Source: Candidatus Thorarchaeota archaeon
GTDB lineage: Archaea > Asgardarchaeota > Thorarchaeia > Thorarchaeales > Thorarchaeaceae
Direction: 5' to 3'
Length of the DNA stretch: 64,000 nt
Assembly (NCBI GenBank): GCA_019057475.1
Contig: DXJO01000020.1
Span: 113,412 to 177,411 of the forward strand
Part shown: piece by piece, positions 10,458 to 19,521 of the stretch
Position numbering within the stretch: position 1 is the first letter of the stretch
Layout: every line of letters starts with the position of its first letter
Notes under the pieces: model-generated
Told to the model about the DNA's origin: nothing
What the model saw: only the letters and a program-made list of their open reading frames with translations
The model's database searches: none
Translations under genes and position numbers: made by a program

Positions 10458-11450
10458 CTAATATCCTAGTTCCCTGATTGCCCCTACTAGGTCATCATCA
10501 CTTGCTTTGCAATGAGCAAGAACCGAGTATCTTCCTCGTTTCTTCATAATTTTCTGTGCGTGGTGTATGTCATCAAGAAATGTAGCTTCAGTTAAATCCA
10601 GTTCCTTGAGTTCTACTGGCATATTCCTCTCCAGTAGAAAGTCCCTGATATCTGATGGTCGATGCTTGGCATAGCCGGCCTCGTCAAGAAAATGGAGGCT
10701 TAGGGGAGTAGCAAATGCAACTTGAAGGCCATGTAGACTCTGCATCCTTCGATCCATTGCGTGGGATATTGCATGTTCTGTTCCGGAGCAGGGTCTAGAA
10801 CTCCCAAAGTCAGTCATGGCATTGCCTGTGTCTATCACAGATTTGACGAGGGTTTCGAGGTTATCGTCCTTTAGCACAGTTTCGAGTGCGAACTCTACTG
10901 TTCTGTAGACGTCCTCATCCAGTGGCTCACCTGCAAGCTCATTGGCGAGTCGCCACTCCGCTAAACTTGATGCCTTGCTGAGTATATCTCCTATCCCAGA
11001 CAGAGTCAGTATTCGAGGAGCGGTAGACATCACACTCAAATCCGCAAGTATGAAACTTGGCTTCTTGCATTTCTCTGAATAGCGATAACCGTCGTGCATT
11101 ACAGAGGCAACGTCACTCGCAATGCCGTCATGTGATGCCGCAGTGGGGATAGAAATCCAATCGAGTCCTGCTTCGAGTGCGAAGAGCTTGGCCATATCGA
11201 TGCTCCTTCCACCGCCAAAGCCTATGATCACATCGATGCCATGATATCGCGAAACCAATCCCTTCCGATAATCAGGTGATATGGACCACATCACGTCAGC
11301 ATCGATAATACTCTCCATCATTTGCCCATACTTGTCGTAGATGACCACATCCGATACGATTAGAGGTTTCTTGTATCCTTCAAGGATGTCATTGAGCTTC
11401 TCTAAGGCACCCTCTGCAATAATCACATTGCTTGAGGTCATATCGTCCAC
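10458..11450 (-). CDS. egsA: sn-glycerol-1-phosphate dehydrogenase
   Basis: GGGRSID, PTAASHDGIAS, SSRPCSGTEHAISH, HGLQV. Confidence 0.92.
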   Translation of the reverse strand: MDDMTSSNVIIAEGALEKLNDILEGYKKPLIVSDVVIYDKYGQMMESIIDADVMWSISPDYRKGLVSRYHGIDVIIGFGGGRSIDMAKLFALEAGLDWISIPTAASHDGIASDVASVMHDGYRYSEKCKKPSFILADLSVMSTAPRILTLSGIGDILSKASSLAEWRLANELAGEPLDEDVYRTVEFALETVLKDDNLETLVKSVIDTGNAMTDFGSSRPCSGTEHAISHAMDRRMQSLHGLQVAFATPLSLHFLDEAGYAKHRPSDIRDFLLERNMPVELKELDLTEATFLDDIHHAQKIMKKRGRYSVLAHCKASDDDLVGAIRELGY

Positions 11451-11606
11451 TTCTTATGGGCCGGTCCAAGTACCACAATTAAGGGTATGCAACAGCTGCG
11501 AAGAACCTGTAAAATCTTGAACATTTCGTAGGTAGTTATGACATACTGCTCAGGATTGAGTGGTGTGGTTGTTCAATGCTGATTGCTAATGCCTGCATGC
11601 AATTTG

Positions 11607-11763
11607 GTCGCCGCCAGTTAGACGGAGACAGAAAACGCCTATGGAGAGGACGTGAGACTTGTCGCAGATTCAGTAGGATCTGCAGAGCAGACCTCAATGA
11701 ATCAGGAACCGAACATCAGTCAAGGACATTGATGTCTAGGATTGTACAAGTTTCGGGCTACGG
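11607..11763 (+). repeat. Dispersed structured non-coding element, copy A
   Basis: 11661-11763 matches the reverse complement of 63896-63998 at 100/103 nt; diverged homolog at 49783-49934. Confidence 0.9.
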
Positions 11764-11915
11764 CTTCTATCTCGTGCCAACTGGGCCAGCTTCCAGTAAT
11801 CCTTGTATCAGTCTTAAGTAGAGTGAATTACGGGCCGGGAATTTGCGAGTGTAATACTACAGCTGATATGTTGAAGGTGCACGATTCATTCAGTGAGCAC
11901 CTGGAGTCCCATCTC

Positions 11916-12413
11916 ATGACCCGCTATGTCAAGGTTGCATTAATGGGGTCAGGGTATGCCGGCAAGTCCACCCTGATCAAACTTCTCACAGACAACATGT
12001 CCGATCTAGATGCCAACTACAAGCCGACCTGTGGGATGGATTGCGGGACAATCACACTCGACAAGTTCACCAAGATATCGTTGGTTGAGATGGGTGGTCA
12101 GACACACTTCGAGTTTATGTGGGCTGACTTGCTAAGGGGGAGCAAGATGGTGGTCGTTGTCACTGAGAGCACCCCCAAGGCAGTACTGAAGACGCGTCAA
12201 ATACTGCAGAAATACAGGAAGGAGCTCGAAGGCATTCAGGTCATCGCAATTGCAAATAAGCAGGACCTTCCAGGCTCTATGAAGCCCCGCTCAGTTGAGG
12301 ATTTGCTCGGAATTCCCACCTATGGCATGGTAGCTATTGATCCAAAGCAACAGCTACACGGCTACAAGCTGATAGTCAATGGACTACGTGATATGGCCCA
12401 AGTAGCAGCATAG
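11916..12413 (+). CDS. Small Ras-superfamily (Arf-like) GTPase
   Basis: G1 GSGYAGKST, G2 PT, G3 variant EMGGQ, G4 ANKQDLP; start at ATG 11916. Confidence 0.88.
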   Translation: MTRYVKVALMGSGYAGKSTLIKLLTDNMSDLDANYKPTCGMDCGTITLDKFTKISLVEMGGQTHFEFMWADLLRGSKMVVVVTESTPKAVLKTRQILQKYRKELEGIQVIAIANKQDLPGSMKPRSVEDLLGIPTYGMVAIDPKQQLHGYKLIVNGLRDMAQVAA

Positions 12414-12609
12414 CCACAGTTTCTTTGTTTATTGGGCAGGTTTTCAAGGCTTAATAGCAACGTTCTAGGACAATGCTTTTATACATACACAAGTGTGGCA
12501 GTCTTACCCAGAGCATGGGCGAGTGAGCTGTCAGCCCTCTGGTAGGGTATTTCAGCGAGTCTGTCCGGGATCAGTGTCTTTTGGGTACACTCCAAGGTCA
12601 GGTGAGATA

Positions 12610-13413
12610 ATGGAAATCACAATCATTAACAAACAGGATGATTCAATCCATTTCCTGGTTGAGGATGTAGATGTCGCATTCGCTAATGCAATCCGCAGGA
12701 CAATGCTAACTAAGTTACCTGCTATGGCGATAGATGAAGTACTCATACTGGAAAATACCAGTGTTATGTACGATGAAATGATTGCTCAGCGTCTTGGTCT
12801 CATTCCTATAGTAACGGACCTAGACTCCTACAATCTTCCCCAAGACTGCGAATGTGAAGGAAAAGGCTGCAGCCTCTGCCAATGTACGCTCACACTAGAG
12901 GTGGAACCTGAAGATGAAGAGGTCGTTGTATACTCACGTAGCCTGACCTCACAAGATCCAAAGATAGTTCCTGCCTCTGGAAACATCCCAATTACCAAAC
13001 TAGCACCCCATCAAAGACTGATTATAGAGGCCTACGCTCGACTTGGAACAGGAGCCGAGAATGCCAAGTTCCAACCCGTCGCAACGGTTGCATACAAGTA
13101 TGTTCCAGTTATTAGCGTGGATAAATCGAAATGCAATCTTTGTGAAGAATGCGTAAAGATCTGTCCGAAGAATATCATGAAAGTTGATGGAAGCACTTTG
13201 TCGACTCAGAACACATTGGACTGCAGCTTGTGCGAGGCCTGTGTTGATGTCTGCGAGCCTGGAGCCATAACAATCGATTCCAAGAAGAACGCCTTTCTCT
13301 TCAAAGTAGAATCTACCGGCTCTCTAAGCCCCGAAACCATTGTTTCGAAGACAGCAGAAATTCTGAAGACTAGAATCCAAGCAGCTCTTGATTACGCGAA
13401 CTCTCTGAGGTGA
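12610..13413 (+). CDS. rpoD: RNA polymerase subunit D (Rpo3) with ferredoxin-like domain
   Basis: FANAIRRTML, NTSVMYDEMIAQRLGLIP, two CxxCxxCxxxC motifs; SD GGTGA. Confidence 0.96.
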   Translation: MEITIINKQDDSIHFLVEDVDVAFANAIRRTMLTKLPAMAIDEVLILENTSVMYDEMIAQRLGLIPIVTDLDSYNLPQDCECEGKGCSLCQCTLTLEVEPEDEEVVVYSRSLTSQDPKIVPASGNIPITKLAPHQRLIIEAYARLGTGAENAKFQPVATVAYKYVPVISVDKSKCNLCEECVKICPKNIMKVDGSTLSTQNTLDCSLCEACVDVCEPGAITIDSKKNAFLFKVESTGSLSPETIVSKTAEILKTRIQAALDYANSLR

Positions 13414-13420
13414 GCCCGAG

Positions 13421-13780
13421 ATGGTAAGAGGACCAACCGACCCCAATACACGCGCTCTAATCAATTCATTAAAGAAGACATCTACAAAATATGATGTTAG
13501 AATATGGAGAAGAGTGGCCGAGCTTATAGCGCGCCCGGCTAGAAAACGTGCTACTGTGAATGTTGGCAAAATTGGCCGGCATACACGAGCTGGCGACATA
13601 GTCATTGTGCCAGGCAAAATCCTGGGATCAGGTATCATTCCACACAAAGTCACAGTCGCAGCAATGAATGCATCAACAACTGCTAGGTCGGCTATAGTGA
13701 ATGCAGGTGGATCACTGATTACGATCCCGGAGCTGCTCAACCAATCCCCAAAGGGGACAGGAATTACGATTATCATATGA
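13421..13780 (+). CDS. rpl18e: 50S ribosomal protein L18e
   Basis: VNVGKI, VPGKILGSG; operon position. Confidence 0.95.
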   Translation: MVRGPTDPNTRALINSLKKTSTKYDVRIWRRVAELIARPARKRATVNVGKIGRHTRAGDIVIVPGKILGSGIIPHKVTVAAMNASTTARSAIVNAGGSLITIPELLNQSPKGTGITIII

Positions 13781-13790
13781 GGTGGTTTCA

Positions 13791-14243
13791 ATGACCGAAC
13801 AGGCAGTGAAAGTTTACGATGCAGATAACATGGTGGTCGGCAGAATGGCATCAAAGGTTGCGAAGGCTGCCTTGCTAGGTGACCGAGTGGTCATACTGAA
13901 CGCCGAGAAGGCCATCATAACGGGTGCCCGACGAACAGTCATTGAAGCTTACAAGGAGAAATTCAATATCAGGACCTCCTACAGCCCGAGAAGGGGTCCA
14001 TTCCATCATCGACGTCCCGATAAGATGATACGACGGATTATACGTGGCATGCTTCCTTGGCCCACTCCCCGTGGAAAGGCAGCTTACAAACGAGTCCACG
14101 TTTACATAGGTGTGCCCGAACAGTACGCCGAAACTGAGAAGATAGTCCTCGAAGGATCGCGCTACAACAGCTTGGTCCGGAGATATATCACGGTCGGGGA
14201 CCTTAGTCATGAACTTGGCTGGAGAAATCCAGAGGTGCGATGA
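13791..14243 (+). CDS. rpl13: 50S ribosomal protein L13
   Basis: VVGRMASKVAK, NAEKAIITG, IRGMLP. Confidence 0.96.
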   Translation: MTEQAVKVYDADNMVVGRMASKVAKAALLGDRVVILNAEKAIITGARRTVIEAYKEKFNIRTSYSPRRGPFHHRRPDKMIRRIIRGMLPWPTPRGKAAYKRVHVYIGVPEQYAETEKIVLEGSRYNSLVRRYITVGDLSHELGWRNPEVR

Positions 14244-14244
14244 G

Positions 14245-14643
14245 ATGCGCGTAGTTGTTACCACCGGCAAAAGAAAGACGAGCCTAGCAAAGGCCACAAT
14301 CAAGGATGGGCGTGGTAGAATCAGAATCAATGGACGGCCGCTAGAGATTCACCAGCCAGAGATTGCCCGGATGCGAATCACAGAACCGTTGATACTCTTT
14401 GGCGATGGATGGAAGAGATACGACATCAAGGTAAGGGTTCGAGGCGGTGGTTTCATGAGTCAGGCTGATGCTATCAGAATGGCCATCGCCAATGGACTGA
14501 TTCGCATGAGCCAGAATTTCGAGGCACGCTCAAAGATGCAAGAACATGATAGGACAATGCTGGTCGGTGATCCTCGACGTACTGAACCGAAGAAGTTTGG
14601 CGGCCCCTCAGCACGATCTAGATATCAGAAATCCTACAGGTAG
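14245..14643 (+). CDS. rps9: 30S ribosomal protein S9
   Basis: GKRKTS, GGGFMSQA, EPKKFGGPSARSRYQKSYR. Confidence 0.97.
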   Translation: MRVVVTTGKRKTSLAKATIKDGRGRIRINGRPLEIHQPEIARMRITEPLILFGDGWKRYDIKVRVRGGGFMSQADAIRMAIANGLIRMSQNFEARSKMQEHDRTMLVGDPRRTEPKKFGGPSARSRYQKSYR

Positions 14644-14655
14644 GGAGATGTAACG

Positions 14656-14871
14656 ATGATAATTCCTGTGCGATGTTTCACATGCGGCAAAGTAGTTGCC
14701 GACAAGTACGAGCAGTTCAAGAGTGAGGTCCAACAGGGTGAGGACCCTGCAGCTGTGCTAGACCGCCTTGGACTCCAGAGATACTGCTGTCGAAGAATGC
14801 TTCTGGCACACATTGACATAATTGACAGCTTCATGGCTTTCGCCACATCTGATGTTGTGGAGGGTGTCTGA
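14656..14871 (+). CDS. rpoN: RNA polymerase subunit N (Rpo10)
   Basis: [19 protein letters not shown]. Confidence 0.98.
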   Translation: MIIPVRCFTCGKVVADKYEQFKSEVQQGEDPAAVLDRLGLQRYCCRRMLLAHIDIIDSFMAFATSDVVEGV

Positions 14872-14873
14872 TC

Positions 14874-15509
14874 ATGAGTGAAACAGAAATCTCAGAGATC
14901 GACCTGCTGACTCCCATGGATCAGTACCTTGCAGCAGGTTGTCATATAGGAACGCAAGTAAAGACTCATGACATGGAGCCGTTTGTCTACCGGCAAAGGC
15001 CCATCGGCCTCTACGTGTTGGATGTTCGTAAGACCGACGAACGAATCAGAGTTGCTGGCAAATACATTGCCAGAGTCAATGCCGACAGGATTGCAGTGGT
15101 TTCTGGTCGAGTCTACGGAAAGCGACCAGTAGAAGCATTTGCCCACTACATTACTGCCAATGCTTTCACAGAACGGTTCATCCCCGGTACTTTCACAAAT
15201 CCAAACATTTCCGGTCCTCGAACATATGTCGAGCCAGAGCTGGTGATTCTAACCGACCCCCGAACGGATCAACAAGCCTTGTCAGAGGCAGCTAGAATCG
15301 GCGTGCCTGTCATCGCACTCTGCGATACTGACAATGTGACGACTAACGTGGACTTGGTGGTGCCTACCAACAATCGTGGTCGCAAGTCACTGGCGCTTAT
15401 CTACTACCTATTGACTCGTCAGGTGCTGCGCGAGAAGGGTGACATACCTGAAGATGGCGAAACCGCCTTCACACCCGCAGATTTCGAGCCCCAGATTCAG
15501 CGGTACTAG
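14874..15509 (+). CDS. rps2: 30S ribosomal protein S2
   Basis: YLAAGCHIG, RFIPGTFTNP, PTNNRGRKS. Confidence 0.97.
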   Translation: MSETEISEIDLLTPMDQYLAAGCHIGTQVKTHDMEPFVYRQRPIGLYVLDVRKTDERIRVAGKYIARVNADRIAVVSGRVYGKRPVEAFAHYITANAFTERFIPGTFTNPNISGPRTYVEPELVILTDPRTDQQALSEAARIGVPVIALCDTDNVTTNVDLVVPTNNRGRKSLALIYYLLTRQVLREKGDIPEDGETAFTPADFEPQIQRY

Positions 15510-15517
15510 CGTTTCAT

Positions 15518-15913
15518 CTATTCCACGATAGAAACGACGCCGAGACCGGCGTCTACCACTAATTTCTGTCCAGTCCTAATTTTACTAACATCAATGTGAT
15601 CAATCGTTGGTATTTCAGAGATGATACTTCCAACAGCAACCACCGGGTCAGTTTCCTTGTTGACTATCGCTAGGGGTGCTTTGCCAGCCTTCTTCAGGGC
15701 GAAGAGAACATATGAACCAACAGTCGAACCCTTGCCAGACGGAAACACAAATATTTTTCCTGCAACGGATTTGCCCTCAAGTTCATGTCCTTTCTCGACG
15801 ATGACTCCGGTATCAGGCTCGCACCCACCGTAGAAACTGATGTCTTCTGACGTTACTAGGGCTTCGCCCTCAGCTCTGCCCTTGTAGATTTTTCTACCTT
15901 CGAACTTACTCAT
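15518..15913 (-). CDS. Phosphomevalonate dehydratase small subunit (aconitase X swivel domain, DUF126)
   Basis: ISFYGG, GKGSTVGSYV; ATGA overlap with large subunit. Confidence 0.88.
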   Translation of the reverse strand: MSKFEGRKIYKGRAEGEALVTSEDISFYGGCEPDTGVIVEKGHELEGKSVAGKIFVFPSGKGSTVGSYVLFALKKAGKAPLAIVNKETDPVVAVGSIISEIPTIDHIDVSKIRTGQKLVVDAGLGVVSIVE

Positions 15914-17103
15914 GCAATCGCCTCCTTGATGCATTCTTCGATTGTTCTTATTTTTGTCTTGAAGCTATTCTTTCCGCGCGCATAGAAACAAGCCTTGGCA
16001 GAGTCCGTCAGCAGACCCTTGAATCGTCCTTTTAGCGGTGCTACTGCGCAACAAGCGTCACTGACTAGGAACGCACCAGCCTTCTCTATAGTGTCATAGT
16101 ATCCCATCTTGACTGCAAGATCTTTGGTGGGTTTTGCAGTCGTAATCCAGACAGTCTTCTCCTTTGCCACCTTCTTGCCCTCTAGCATTTCCGCAATCTC
16201 TGCTATCTCCTTTATGCTAGCATGCGGACAGCCTACACTGATGAAATCAATCTCAACATCTGCATCGTCAAGCTCACTTCGAGCCGCATCCAACTCATCC
16301 TGAGTGATGACTTCAGTCTTGTCAGGTACCAGTGTCCTGTTTGGCGTCAAACCCTCCATGTGAAAGAGCGCAACTCCTCCGTAGGTTGCAACCGATGCGC
16401 AAAACGACTTCAGCTGCTCAGTTGTAGCATTTGCCACCCCTGTGATATAGGGTATCGCCTTCTTTGTGCGTGTCCCGATTACTTGCCCGAGAAGGCCAAA
16501 ATCATCAGTGTTCTCTATCCTTGCCTCGACATCGTATCTAACCTGTGCGACGCGATTCTCTTGCAGATGGAACCCATACTCTGCAGTTCTCCCGGTGAGT
16601 GCAGAAGCGAGCGCACTCGGGCCACCCTCTCTATTGGTCATTGCACCAATCACCGAGTTAGCAAAGCATACCGCTGAAGACTCCGCCCACGCGATATGTT
16701 CCCCATAGTGCGGCAGATTACCGATTAGGTACGGTGTGCATGTGCACGTGGCAATCACACCCATCTTCAAGAAGGCGTCCACTACTCTCTTCTGATTCTT
16801 CGCAAAGCTCTCACTGATGCCGTGCTTCTTCCATTCAGTCAGGTCCATTCCGGCAGGATTCAAAGTGGTGAGGACTCTGGTCTGACCATCTTCTGCCATA
16901 TCGGAGAGATATTCAAGACCTGCTTCTCCAAGATTATGGTACGAAACTCCCGCAATTTGGACACTTGAAACTGAAATGAGCCTCTTGGCCCCGTATATTT
17001 CTCCAAGTGCTGTTATGATCTCCATGGCCTTTTTGGCAGATTTTCCGTGCTTGCCATCCAGCATATCTCTGTCATCTTTAGTGAGTTCCAGCCCCAATCT
17101 CAA
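15910..17103 (-). CDS. Phosphomevalonate dehydratase large subunit (aconitase X, DUF521)
   Basis: TTLNP, CTCTPY, AESSAV, GCPH, DAC, TDSAK; start may be TTG 17097. Confidence 0.9.
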   Translation of the reverse strand: MRLGLELTKDDRDMLDGKHGKSAKKAMEIITALGEIYGAKRLISVSSVQIAGVSYHNLGEAGLEYLSDMAEDGQTRVLTTLNPAGMDLTEWKKHGISESFAKNQKRVVDAFLKMGVIATCTCTPYLIGNLPHYGEHIAWAESSAVCFANSVIGAMTNREGGPSALASALTGRTAEYGFHLQENRVAQVRYDVEARIENTDDFGLLGQVIGTRTKKAIPYITGVANATTEQLKSFCASVATYGGVALFHMEGLTPNRTLVPDKTEVITQDELDAARSELDDADVEIDFISVGCPHASIKEIAEIAEMLEGKKVAKEKTVWITTAKPTKDLAVKMGYYDTIEKAGAFLVSDACCAVAPLKGRFKGLLTDSAKACFYARGKNSFKTKIRTIEECIKEAIA

Positions 17104-18407
17104 TCGCTCCTGAATTTACTTGGGTCCATTTTTGGAAATTCCGCCCGGTCAAAGCTCTTTCCTTTCGCAACCAATGGCTTTGTGACGTCGAAGCCAATCT
17201 TTGTAGTCAACTTGGTGCCTGGCTCAGCACTCGGGTCGAGAGAGCTACCAGGTTCACGGTCCTTGATGAGCATGTCTTCATCACCCTGGAATCGTGTCGC
17301 CAATGCCCACTCTCTGTCCTGCTCGTTGTAGATGTCTATGTCATCATCATAAACCCAGACATGTTTTGCGCTTCGGTGTCCTCCAAATGCCCCCTCTAGA
17401 GCTTTGAGGCCATCATCCTCATTCTTTTTCCTGATTTTGATGGCTATGTGAAGCCAACTTGCCCCTCCAGGCGTGATGTTAACATCAAGCACATCAACTC
17501 CCTTCTCAGCCACCTTGCGAAAGACAGTAGGCTCCCTGGGCATCCCCATCAAGACCTTGTGCTCTGATCGTCCTGGCAGAAGTCCCTGCCAAATTGCAGT
17601 CTTTCTGTGAGTAATCTTCTTGACTTCAAAGATGGGTTCCTGACGAATCACGTCTACCGTTTCTGTCAGGTCAATGAATGGCCCTTCATCAGCTTTCTTT
17701 TCCAAGAACACTCTCCCTTCCAGCACAAACTCTGAATCTGCTGGTATCATCAGATCAACGGTCTTTGCTTTGGTCACTCTGATTGGTCTGAGCGCGTTGG
17801 CTATCTCGAGTTCGTCTACACCCGTTTCCACGGAAGTCGCGGCGGCTATCAGAATCTCCGGTGTATTACCTATACAGTAAGCAACGTCAACCTCGCCATT
17901 CCGTTCCAAGAACTTGTGAAAGTCACGTCCTCTGACAACTCTGGTGACCATTCGGTCCTTGCCAATCTGCATGGCTCTATGGAAGTCCAGATTCTGTCCA
18001 AACTCAGGGTCGCTAGCAACAACAACCCCTGATGATATGTATGGTCCTCCATCCACCTCATTATGAATTAGTATCGGGATGTCATCTAAGTTCACACTAT
18101 CCCTAATGACCTCTTGGCAAGGTGCGTCCTTTATTGCTTCAGGAGGGCTTCTATTCTCAATAGCCCTGGTAAGAGTTGGAATGATGTCTTCCGTCTTGAT
18201 TCCGAAATAATCCGCAATCTGCTCCTTTGTGCAGAAGAGGTTCCCTGCTACTCGAAATTCAGACTCCTTCACTTTTTCGAATATAGCTGGTGTTGGTTCC
18301 AATGCTTTGAGTACGCCCGCAATCTCAAGATTCCTTGAGATCTTCTTATCAAATTTCTCTATCTTGTTCTCATTGCTCAGTTTCTTAATGTAATTCTCGA
18401 GTATCAT
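17100..18407 (-). CDS. UbiD-family decarboxylase, probable anhydromevalonate phosphate decarboxylase
   Basis: DGGPYISSG, EGPF, DDDIDI, WALATR, SSLDPS; lies between mevalonate kinase and AcnX genes. Confidence 0.88.
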   Translation of the reverse strand: MILENYIKKLSNENKIEKFDKKISRNLEIAGVLKALEPTPAIFEKVKESEFRVAGNLFCTKEQIADYFGIKTEDIIPTLTRAIENRSPPEAIKDAPCQEVIRDSVNLDDIPILIHNEVDGGPYISSGVVVASDPEFGQNLDFHRAMQIGKDRMVTRVVRGRDFHKFLERNGEVDVAYCIGNTPEILIAAATSVETGVDELEIANALRPIRVTKAKTVDLMIPADSEFVLEGRVFLEKKADEGPFIDLTETVDVIRQEPIFEVKKITHRKTAIWQGLLPGRSEHKVLMGMPREPTVFRKVAEKGVDVLDVNITPGGASWLHIAIKIRKKNEDDGLKALEGAFGGHRSAKHVWVYDDDIDIYNEQDREWALATRFQGDEDMLIKDREPGSSLDPSAEPGTKLTTKIGFDVTKPLVAKGKSFDRAEFPKMDPSKFRSD

Positions 18408-18421
18408 TACGCACGCCTCTC

Positions 18422-19363
18422 TTACAGTCCAAAGGATGTTGTCCATACCCCAGCCGCGCCTGCTTGTTCCAAGACTTTTGCAATCCTATCTCTGGTAGCC
18501 TCATCCGGGGCTAGCGATATCATGTTGCCTCCTCGTCCTGTCCCAGTCATCTTGGAGCCCAGCGCTCCATTTTCTCCAGCAACTTTCGTCAGGGCATCCA
18601 GTTCCTTGCACGACACAGTGAGTTCCTGCAGCAGTTCGTGGTTCTTGTTCATGAGCTTGCCCACTTTCGAAAAATCCAGTTGAAGCAATGCATCATGACC
18701 AGAATGGACTAAGTTCTCGTACTCTCGGGCAATTTTGTCGAACCATTCAGGATTCTCATTTTTCTTGGCTCTCACATCCCCTACTACCTCTATCGTACTC
18801 GCAGTGATACCGGTGGATGCAATCACTAAATGCGCCAGTTTCTTCAGTTTGAGTTTCTCAAATGTTGGCGGGCCGCCCTTGAGATTTCTGATATACCACA
18901 CAAGTCCTCCAAAGGTTGACGCGGTGTTATCAATCCCAGATGGTGTTCCGTGATAGCCCTTCTCCCCCTCAAATGCAGCCTCATTGATCTGGTTATTGTT
19001 CAGTCCAAGTGAGAATTCATCACTCAGAGCTCGAGCTAGAGCGACACAGCTCGCTGCACTTGCTCCTATGCCAGACGCGCAGACTAAATCGCCTCCCAAC
19101 TCAATATGAATACCCGTTTCTGACAAGTCCACGTTGCAATATCGAAGAACATTGTCAATCGAAACCTTCTGCTCATCGAGTTTCTTGGCTTTGTATCCAG
19201 GCATGGCTGGCCTCTGATCATTAAGTGTCCATCCCACTTGATCTATCTTGCTAACCTTCGCCGTAGTTTCGGCAGCTATACCTGCAGCAAGCGCGGGTAA
19301 TCCATATACCACGAAATGCTCACCGAAGAGGATAGTCTTGCCTTTTCCGCTTCCTTGACCCAT
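18422..19363 (-). CDS. mvk: Mevalonate kinase
   Basis: GKTILFGEHFVVYG, GIGASAA, HGTPSGID, KMTGTGRGG. Confidence 0.93.
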   Translation of the reverse strand: MGQGSGKGKTILFGEHFVVYGLPALAAGIAAETTAKVSKIDQVGWTLNDQRPAMPGYKAKKLDEQKVSIDNVLRYCNVDLSETGIHIELGGDLVCASGIGASAASCVALARALSDEFSLGLNNNQINEAAFEGEKGYHGTPSGIDNTASTFGGLVWYIRNLKGGPPTFEKLKLKKLAHLVIASTGITASTIEVVGDVRAKKNENPEWFDKIAREYENLVHSGHDALLQLDFSKVGKLMNKNHELLQELTVSCKELDALTKVAGENGALGSKMTGTGRGGNMISLAPDEATRDRIAKVLEQAGAAGVWTTSFGL

Positions 19364-19521
19364 TGTCACTCAGGTTTAGGTCTGTAAAGCGGCTGTAGTT
19401 AATCGTTGCGCTTGAGCTCTCCCTTCGACATTGGATTAAGTTATGAAAACTTCGCCCTTTGCGTAAGACTCTTGTCCATTTCGCACGATGAACAATATAT
19501 CAACGTGTTAACTGCGGGATA

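Noticed and set aside
11576-11821. 81-aa ORF and the 5' extension of the GTPase ORF across repeat copy A
   Set aside because: Homologous copy B has phase-breaking indels and conservation follows base pairing
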